Assembly: GCA_050246755.1 (NCBI GenBank)
Contig: JBFWVL010000001.1
Location: forward strand, 1,472,001 to 1,536,000
Source: Bacteriovoracia bacterium
GTDB taxonomy: Bacteria > Bdellovibrionota > UBA1018 > CAIPTA01
Direction: 5' to 3'
DNA: 64,000 bases
Position numbers and translations under genes: made by a program. Positions 39,446 to 46,512 of this stretch are shown here, one piece after another. Under the pieces are notes generated by a model that was given only the letters and a program-made list of their open reading frames with translations, ran no database searches and was not told where the DNA came from. Numbering within the stretch: position 1 is the first letter of the stretch; the number at the start of each line of letters is the position of its first letter.

Positions 39446-41511
39446 TCTTGAGTAAAGAAGGATTCCTCTTTCAAGCGTCCGATTTTATCGAATCGGGTCA
39501 GCCTTCCCTCCAACCGGCCGCGCGCATAATTTCCCTCTAAAACCAGGCGTCCGTTTTCGTCCCACGCGCGAAATGGACCATCCTTCAAATCATTCCGGTA
39601 ATTTTCCTCGGAGCGAATTTGGCCTGATTCGTACCAGGTCTGGAATTTGCCTTCGCGTAGTCCGTTCCTGGAGAATTCCGAGGAGAGCAGCTTGCCGTTC
39701 GGCCTCCAGGTTCGCGTGGCTCCGTCTTTAACTCCGGCGAGAAATTCTTCCTCGGAAATCAAATTACCCAAGTCGTCCCACTTCGTGCATTTTCCGTTTA
39801 GTTTGTCTTGACGATAAAAGCAGGCGGAGGCGCGTCGGCTATTGGGATGCCAGGTGGTCTCTAAGCCCTCGCGGCGGCCGTTTTTAAAAGATACCTGAAG
39901 CCTCACGTAACCTTCGGGGGCGCCGTAGCGGGCAACGCCGTTTTTCACCCCGGCCGAATAGTTTTCCTCGGAAAGCATGTTCCCGTTTTCGTTCCAGTGG
40001 GTGCACGGCCCGTTTAATTTTCCCTCAAAAAACCTGCAGTTCGCTTCCTGCTTCCCATTCGGATGCCAGGATTTCGCTAATTCTTCTTTGCCGTGTTTAA
40101 AAATTTTCTCGAACTTCAGGTTTCCGGATTTGTCCCAGCCGCGGAAAATCCCGTGCTTTTCCCCCGAATCGTAGGTTTCTTCGCTCACCACGTGACCGGC
40201 GTTATCCCAGTATAGAAATTGGCCGTGCTTTTTTCCTCCGGCGTAGTTTTCTTTTGAGAGAGGCCGGCCTTCGGCGATCCAGCGCATGCACGGGCCATCG
40301 GGTTTTCCGTCGCGAAACGAGCAGTTGGAGGCCAGTGCACCGGTTTTACCGTCGCCTAGGGTTGACGTCGGGAGCTCCGCGGCACTGTGCCAGCTCCGCG
40401 ATTTTCCGTTTTTTAGGTCGTGCCGGTAAGATTCCTCAAAAATAAGCCGGCCTTTGTTATCCCAGTATCGGAACGTGCCTTCTCTTTTCCCATTTTCGTA
40501 GGTTTCCTGGGAAACCAGCTTTCCCGCCGGGTTCCAGTGAAAAAATTTTCCGTGCTTAAGGCCGCCCCGGTAAAATTCGTCCGAGATCAGCGTTCCGTTG
40601 GGATCCCAGTACCGAAAACTTCCGGACCTTTCCCCATGGGCGTAGGTTTCCTGGGAGACCAGCTTTCCGAATTCATTCCAATAACGAAATACGCCGTGCT
40701 TTACGTCTTGCTTATAGGACTCTTCGGAAATCGAAAATCCTTCGACAGTCCAATACTGGAACCTTCCGTCTTTTTTTCCATTTGCGTAAAACCCAGAGGA
40801 GCGAATTTTCCCTGATTCCGTCCAGTCGCGGAAAAGGCCATTTTTTTGGCCCGCACTGTATTTTTCTTCGGAAAGCATCTGTCCGGCCTCGCTCCAGCGC
40901 ACGCAATGCCCATCCTTTTTTCCTTGAAGGTAGGTGCAAGTGGAGGCCGGCCTCCCATTTTTATACCAAGCGCGATTCGCGCCATTCAATACGGCGCCTT
41001 CGACTCCTTCCGCGTCCGGTGAATGGGCCGCGGTTCGGGGTTCGTACTCACTTTCGGAAACCAGCTGGCCGTTGGCGAGCCAAGAACGCCAAACGCCGGC
41101 GCGGGCTCCGTTCCGGTAGGCCCCGCTGGTGGCGAGCGTTCCGTTTTCGTGCCAAGTTTTCCATTCGCCGTCTTTGGCGTCGTTCGCGTAGCCACTCTGC
41201 GATAAGAGTTTTCCTTCCGCGCTCCAAACCATCCATTTCCCGTTGCGTTTACCGGCGGCGTATTCGATCTGCGCTTGAAGCTCTCCGGAGGGGAAATAGG
41301 TACGCCACACGCCGTCCTTTTTCAGGAGCTTCCACTGCGCTTCCTTTACGGTTTGGCCGCGGATATTTTTTTGGGTAATCCTGACCGTATCGAACCCAAC
41401 GGGCTTCACGCGATACATCGCGAACGCGGCCACTAGCGCGAATGCCAGGGCGCAGGCGAAAACTTTCTGTGCTATCTTGCTTTGAAACAAACGAATCGAG
41501 ATTGGGCGCAT
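39406..41511 (-). CDS. Membrane-anchored MORN-variant repeat protein, copy 2
   Basis: Same architecture as copy 1 with more repeats; shared R.(I/T)QKNI.GQT.KEA.WK N-terminal segment. Confidence 0.85.
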   Translation of the reverse strand: MRPISIRLFQSKIAQKVFACALAFALVAAFAMYRVKPVGFDTVRITQKNIRGQTVKEAQWKLLKKDGVWRTYFPSGELQAQIEYAAGKRNGKWMVWSAEGKLLSQSGYANDAKDGEWKTWHENGTLATSGAYRNGARAGVWRSWLANGQLVSESEYEPRTAAHSPDAEGVEGAVLNGANRAWYKNGRPASTCTYLQGKKDGHCVRWSEAGQMLSEEKYSAGQKNGLFRDWTESGKIRSSGFYANGKKDGRFQYWTVEGFSISEESYKQDVKHGVFRYWNEFGKLVSQETYAHGERSGSFRYWDPNGTLISDEFYRGGLKHGKFFHWNPAGKLVSQETYENGKREGTFRYWDNKGRLIFEESYRHDLKNGKSRSWHSAAELPTSTLGDGKTGALASNCSFRDGKPDGPCMRWIAEGRPLSKENYAGGKKHGQFLYWDNAGHVVSEETYDSGEKHGIFRGWDKSGNLKFEKIFKHGKEELAKSWHPNGKQEANCRFFEGKLNGPCTHWNENGNMLSEENYSAGVKNGVARYGAPEGYVRLQVSFKNGRREGLETTWHPNSRRASACFYRQDKLNGKCTKWDDLGNLISEEEFLAGVKDGATRTWRPNGKLLSSEFSRNGLREGKFQTWYESGQIRSEENYRNDLKDGPFRAWDENGRLVLEGNYARGRLEGRLTRFDKIGRLKEESFFTQDQYKFPTEKFGPL

Positions 41512-41541
41512 TTTTCTCTTGAAAAGGTAGGAGCATACCAG

Positions 41542-43032
41542 GTGTTTGGCAAGGAAAAGGCGAGAGTGGCCGGGAGGACAGGAATCGCCGATTGCTTTTC
41601 GGTATTTTCTTGGCCCGGCGTGCTTCTGTTTCTCAGTTTTTTGCTTCTCATTTATCTGAATGCCGAGGGTTTTTCGCTCTGGTATTTTGGCGAAGATTTT
41701 GGCTGGATGCAGTGGACTAGCGGTCGGGACTTTGCGGCCGTGATGAGCCCCCCCCCGGCTTCGTACTATCGTCCGCTCGCGGCCAATATCCCTTATTTTT
41801 TCTTTGGCCGGATGGAGAATGGAATTTTTTGGTGGAGGGCGTTTTCTTTTTTTATGGTTTGCTTCACGGGTTTCTTGTTCTGGAAATGGACCCGGGAACT
41901 GGCCGGCAACTCATGGGTGGCGTTAGCCCTTACTTGCGTTTGGCTCTTTAATCCCTCTCAGGCCTACGGGATGATCTACCTGAACGCGCTGGATTATATT
42001 CTTACGCTATTTTTTCTCGTGGCCGTATTGCGCGCGCTTCAACTGAGAAAATTTGGGCTGGCCTATGGAGTATTTTTTGCCGCGCTTTTCGCTAAAGAAT
42101 TACTATTGGGAATCCCCACTTTCTTCTTTCTCTGGCGCCGCCGATATAAAATCCCATTTCGCTGGCTGGTACTATCGGGTCTTACCACCGCCGCCTTAAT
42201 GCTGGTTTTGAAAGGATATTCTCTCAAGGCGGCCACCGTGGGTGGTTTCGAGGTGGTAACCGCCGCCAATGGATTTTGGCAGCACGTAACTTACTTGATT
42301 CGTGATGCCTTTTGGGGTTTTGGGGGAATGAAAGGCGTAGCGCTTTGGTTTCCGCTCGCGTGGCTTACCGTGGGGATTTGTTTTTTCGCGAAATGGTGGA
42401 AGGGCAGGAGGGAGCCTACGTACCTTTTACATTTAGCCGCCCTGATTATTTTTTTCGCTCCCTTAACCTTATTGCGGCAGGTGATTTCCGAAGATCTGGG
42501 GCCGATTTATTGGATTTTTCTCTTTGGCGCCGCCGCTTCCGCGATGGGAACCGTTCCCGAATCGATTTTACCCAAAGCAAAGACCGTATTTTCTTTGCTG
42601 CTCGTTTTTTGTGCCTGGGCTTATTCTTTTGGGGCCGATGGCTACCGGCAACGCTACGTGGGAATGAGCGAAAATTATTATCAGATCGTGCAGAAGACCA
42701 TCCCCTTGCTTTCAGGCTGCGGAAGATTCGATCGTGTGCTGCTTTCAGGGCTGGAAAATGTTTTCACCTCAGAAATTTTTCAAGAATACGCGGCTCAAGG
42801 CCTGCGCGTGATGCAGCCCGAGGCGAAATTCTATATCTTGCAGTTGCCTGGGCCAAGGAGCCAAATTTCCATCCGCGATAATGCTTATCTCTGGGCGCAG
42901 GATTGGCAGGCGGAAGGGCATCCGCGGCTGAATTACCGGCGAAATGCCGATGGCAAAATTGCCGTGGAGTGGGCGCAGGGAAGCCCGCTCTGCCGTACCA
43001 GCGCGGAGTCCATGCCCCCCCGAAAGATCTAA
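41542..43032 (+). CDS. Polytopic membrane protein, GT-C-like, copy 2
   Basis: WYFGEDFGW...YYRPL, AKE and SEDLGP.YWIF; colinear paralog of 37943-39445; GTG start after AGGAG. Confidence 0.7.
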   Translation: MFGKEKARVAGRTGIADCFSVFSWPGVLLFLSFLLLIYLNAEGFSLWYFGEDFGWMQWTSGRDFAAVMSPPPASYYRPLAANIPYFFFGRMENGIFWWRAFSFFMVCFTGFLFWKWTRELAGNSWVALALTCVWLFNPSQAYGMIYLNALDYILTLFFLVAVLRALQLRKFGLAYGVFFAALFAKELLLGIPTFFFLWRRRYKIPFRWLVLSGLTTAALMLVLKGYSLKAATVGGFEVVTAANGFWQHVTYLIRDAFWGFGGMKGVALWFPLAWLTVGICFFAKWWKGRREPTYLLHLAALIIFFAPLTLLRQVISEDLGPIYWIFLFGAAASAMGTVPESILPKAKTVFSLLLVFCAWAYSFGADGYRQRYVGMSENYYQIVQKTIPLLSGCGRFDRVLLSGLENVFTSEIFQEYAAQGLRVMQPEAKFYILQLPGPRSQISIRDNAYLWAQDWQAEGHPRLNYRRNADGKIAVEWAQGSPLCRTSAESMPPRKI

Positions 43033-44201
43033 ATAAGATCTAGGCGCCTTCCTTCTTCCTCGAGTACCGCACAAACATATTCTATATCTTCTTTTTCGAG
43101 TGCCGGGCCAGAGGGCAGGCAGATTCCGTGATCGAAGAGAAAAGGAGATTTTTCGTTTTGGTAAGAGAGTGAATTTTTATACATCGCATTTTCCGTAACG
43201 GCCGGAAATGCAGGCCGGATCCTTACGCCCCGGGCCTGAGTGGCGGAAGCCAGCGCACGCATTTCCGCGCGCGAGGCGGCACGCCTGGCGAGAGCGAGAT
43301 TATGCCAAGCCGGATAGGTCATTTCGGCGGCGAATAGCTTCCATGAGCGAAGAAGGGTGCGGTAGTGGGTGCGGATATTTGATTTCTTTTCGAGGATCTC
43401 CGCGATTCTTTTAAATTGCCCCACGCCGATCGCCGCCGAAACATTGGGCATCTGAAAGTTATAGGCCGCTTCACCATAGTAGAAGTCGAAATCATCGCAA
43501 CGGGACTGGGCCAAAAGCTTGCGCGCCCTGGCGGCCCAGGCCGGATTTTTAATGAGAAGAAGGCCGCCGGCGCCAGTAGTGATCGTTTTATTTCCATTGA
43601 GGCTGAATATGGAAAGGTCGCCAAAGGTGCCGAGCAGAGAATTGCCGAGCCTCACGCCCATGCCTTGGGAAGAATCTTCGAATAGGAATAATTTTCTTTC
43701 TTGGAAAAATTCGGCGATGGCCGAGAGGCGAGGGCAGGTTAGCCCGTATGGCTGATTGTAAATCATGCCCTGGATGCGGGCGCCGGTTTTTCGGAGGCGG
43801 AAATCCGGACCAATTTCCTTCTCGAAAAAGCTCTTGATTTGCTCGAAGGTAACCACGGGCATTTCCGGATTTTCCGGGCCGATAAAAATCGGCTCGGCGC
43901 CAAGGTGCCTTACGGCGTTTGCGCAGGCCACGAAACCATAGGACGGCACCAGCACGTGATCTCCAGCTTGAACCCCGGCCACGCGAAGGCCCAAAAGTAG
44001 GGCGGCGCTGCCGTTAGCGGTGGAGATGGGGCGTTCGGTGGACTGAAAAAACTCTTGGGCTAAATCCTCGAAGGCGTGCACCTTCGAGCCCCCACCCGAA
44101 AGCCAATTCGATGCCAGCGCCTCGGAAACTTCTTTTTTTTCCAGATCCGTGATCCAGGGATCGTGGATCCCAATTTGTCGCTGAGCGGTGGGTGTGGGCA
44201 A
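43029..44201 (-). CDS. DegT/DnrJ/EryC1/StrS PLP sugar aminotransferase (LegC/PerA-like)
   Basis: NGSAAL, EDSSQ, FSLNGNKTITTGAGG, YNFQM and ICLPSG motifs; start uncertain (TTG 44201 chosen). Confidence 0.88.
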   Translation of the reverse strand: MPTPTAQRQIGIHDPWITDLEKKEVSEALASNWLSGGGSKVHAFEDLAQEFFQSTERPISTANGSAALLLGLRVAGVQAGDHVLVPSYGFVACANAVRHLGAEPIFIGPENPEMPVVTFEQIKSFFEKEIGPDFRLRKTGARIQGMIYNQPYGLTCPRLSAIAEFFQERKLFLFEDSSQGMGVRLGNSLLGTFGDLSIFSLNGNKTITTGAGGLLLIKNPAWAARARKLLAQSRCDDFDFYYGEAAYNFQMPNVSAAIGVGQFKRIAEILEKKSNIRTHYRTLLRSWKLFAAEMTYPAWHNLALARRAASRAEMRALASATQARGVRIRPAFPAVTENAMYKNSLSYQNEKSPFLFDHGICLPSGPALEKEDIEYVCAVLEEEGRRLDLI

Positions 44202-44361
44202 AATTTCGTCCGTTGCTTTGGGTTGCTGAGCTTGTTTTACCGTTCTCCTCTCTGCGGATGCAAGATTTCCGTTACCGTGTGGGGACGAAAGGCCTTTTTT
44301 AAACTTTTCTTGTGGCGCCGCGATATACTGAGCTGAACCATTCATGTGTGAGGAACTAATA

Positions 44362-45711
44362 ATGGTATTCGCTTTGCTGTTACTGTCCGTCCTGGCCCCG
44401 TTTTCGGCATTGGCCAACGAAAGTACTACCTATCTCGACCAAGCCTTGGCGCAGGAGATCGTGCCGCTGAATCCGGGCCGTGAGTCTCTATCCGCCGCAG
44501 AAATTTATCGGCGCACGCGCATCGTGCTCGATTCCTTTTCCGTCCCCCGCGAACCCGACTATCAGGGCGAATTAAACGGGTTTCGCTTCACTACTTCCGC
44601 GAGCCAATTTCCCGCGATGCTTAAGGCTTTGGATCCCGCCCAGCAGGTTTCCCGTTTTTTCGACGTAGCTCCTAGCCATTTGGCCAGTTATGAGGACCGT
44701 GATGCCAAGCGAGTAACGGAATATCGTTTCGGCGCGGCGGCCAGCGTCAGCGCGCCGAAGAGACTTTCGCTTCGGGGCCTCCGCGTGGCTCTGGATCCTG
44801 GTCATATGGGGGGAGATCTATGGGATGAGCGCACCGGAAAGTTTGTGCGAAACTCATCCGGCGTGAAAGTAAGCGAAGGAGTGATTAACCTGCAGACCAC
44901 TCTCCTGGTGGAGCAAAAATTGCGTGCCCTAGGCGCCGAAGTGATGATCACGCATCGCGGGCTAGGCCCCGTATCGAAGCTGCCCTATGAGCAGCTGAAC
45001 GTGAAAGAGTACGGTAAAAACGAGCTGAGGGCCCGTTCTCTCGAGGATTGGTTTCAATCTTTGTTGGCTTCCACCGAAGAATCTAAGCTGGGAAGCGCTT
45101 TTAAGAATTCCAGCGCCGTAAAGAAAATTTTCGCTGAAAGAGCCCGTGGCGACTATTACGCGCATCGCGAAGATCTTTCGGCCCGTGCGCAAGCCATCGC
45201 GGCCTTCAACCCCGATCTCACGATCGTGGTGCACTTCGACTCGGATAGTTTGTCGCCTACGCCGAAGATGCCCAATATCACCCGGGCCTATGTGCCGGGT
45301 TCGTTCGGCAAAATGGAATTCGCTACGGGCGAATCGCGGGCACGCTTTCTGGCGCATCTTGGCCAAGGAGAGCAATGGTACCGGTCGGTTAGCCTCAGCA
45401 AGTTTATCATCAATCAAATTAGCAGCGACCTAAATGTGCCAATGCCCAAGACCGACACGAGTGGCTCTACCCCGATTTTTCCGGGCGTGTTTGCGCGAAA
45501 CTTAGCCCTCACGCGCCAAATTACGCATGCGCCGATCACCTATTTGGAGTGCCTTAGCTACGGAAACGACGCGGAGTTCAAGCGGCTCAGCCAAAAAGAC
45601 GGCGGAACCCTGATGATCGATGGCAAAGCCGTGCCTTATTCCAGTCGGCTCGATAGCCTGGCGCGTGCGATCACCCAGGGCGTGGTGAAGTACGTGGATT
45701 CTACGAACTAG
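44362..45711 (+). CDS. Secreted N-acetylmuramoyl-L-alanine amidase (Amidase_3)
   Basis: VALDPGH, SEGVINL, VVHFD and YLEC zinc/catalytic motifs; signal peptide. Confidence 0.82.
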   Translation: MVFALLLLSVLAPFSALANESTTYLDQALAQEIVPLNPGRESLSAAEIYRRTRIVLDSFSVPREPDYQGELNGFRFTTSASQFPAMLKALDPAQQVSRFFDVAPSHLASYEDRDAKRVTEYRFGAAASVSAPKRLSLRGLRVALDPGHMGGDLWDERTGKFVRNSSGVKVSEGVINLQTTLLVEQKLRALGAEVMITHRGLGPVSKLPYEQLNVKEYGKNELRARSLEDWFQSLLASTEESKLGSAFKNSSAVKKIFAERARGDYYAHREDLSARAQAIAAFNPDLTIVVHFDSDSLSPTPKMPNITRAYVPGSFGKMEFATGESRARFLAHLGQGEQWYRSVSLSKFIINQISSDLNVPMPKTDTSGSTPIFPGVFARNLALTRQITHAPITYLECLSYGNDAEFKRLSQKDGGTLMIDGKAVPYSSRLDSLARAITQGVVKYVDSTN

Positions 45712-45722
45712 GCGATTGCCGA

Positions 45723-46181
45723 TCAGCTTATTTTTCTTCGGCGAACCTCTTCCAGGGATTGCTGTCGCTCATATACCTGCGAGAGGGCGTAGAGCTCCTC
45801 CGAAAGAAGCCGGATCACGTCTTCGATCGCCACGATGGCGTCTAGCTCTCCATTTTCATTCACGAGGGGGATGCGCTTCACTCCGTATTCGCGCATAAGA
45901 GAAATTACATGGTTAAGCGTATCGTCGCTTCGGGCGGTGATCAGGGTTTTCGTCATCACGTCTTCCACGCGGAAGTCGAAAGGCGAGATGCGCAAGGCGG
46001 TGGTAGACATCACGATATCGCGGTCGGTGAGGATGCCAATCGGAATGATCTTGCCCTCGCTGCGGTCGATTACGACCACATCGCCCAGGTGAGATTCCCG
46101 CATGAAGCGGGCGGCATCGCCGACACTCGTATCCCGGTAGACAGTGGCCACTTTTCGTTTGCCGATTTTACGCAAATCCAT
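45723..46181 (-). CDS. Tandem CBS-domain protein
   Basis: GILTDRDIV, VEDVMT and GVKRIPLV motifs; AAGGAGA RBS. Confidence 0.88.
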   Translation of the reverse strand: MDLRKIGKRKVATVYRDTSVGDAARFMRESHLGDVVVIDRSEGKIIPIGILTDRDIVMSTTALRISPFDFRVEDVMTKTLITARSDDTLNHVISLMREYGVKRIPLVNENGELDAIVAIEDVIRLLSEELYALSQVYERQQSLEEVRRRKIS

Positions 46182-46201
46182 GATTTCTCCTTTCGATTTA
46201 C

Positions 46202-46420
46202 CTAGGCCACTTTCTTGGGCTCGGTGTGGGGACGGCGACCGAAAAGGCGCGAAAAAAAGCTCGCTCCTTCGTGAATATAGGTGCTGTCTACCTCGGGGGG
46301 GCTTACGCGGATAGGCGAAACAAAGATATCTTCGAAGGAACAATCGGGATCGCAGGGCGGCTTCGGGGGGGCGCCATTTCCGGTGATATTTTTTTCTTGG
46401 CTGCTTTCGGTTTTTTTCAT
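46202..46420 (-). CDS. Putative small protein (72 aa)
   Basis: GGAGA RBS before ATG 46420; ends 20 bp before the CBS gene. Confidence 0.4.
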   Translation of the reverse strand: MKKTESSQEKNITGNGAPPKPPCDPDCSFEDIFVSPIRVSPPEVDSTYIHEGASFFSRLFGRRPHTEPKKVA

Positions 46421-46512
46421 TTTTTCTCCAAAGGTAAATTTAACAAATCTTAGGGTGATGGGCCTCGGCATTGTTGCCTCGGTGAAAGAATGGGCAGATA
46501 ATTCAGGTATTC

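Noticed and set aside
36391-41511. YwqJK-type toxin-antitoxin system or DGR target
   Set aside because: No adjacent toxin, reverse transcriptase or adenine-specific TR/VR pair; the proteins are membrane anchored
36232-44201. Integrative element or prophage at tRNA-Ser
   Set aside because: No integrase, phage or transposase gene, and no duplicated tRNA 3' end (att) was spotted in the window
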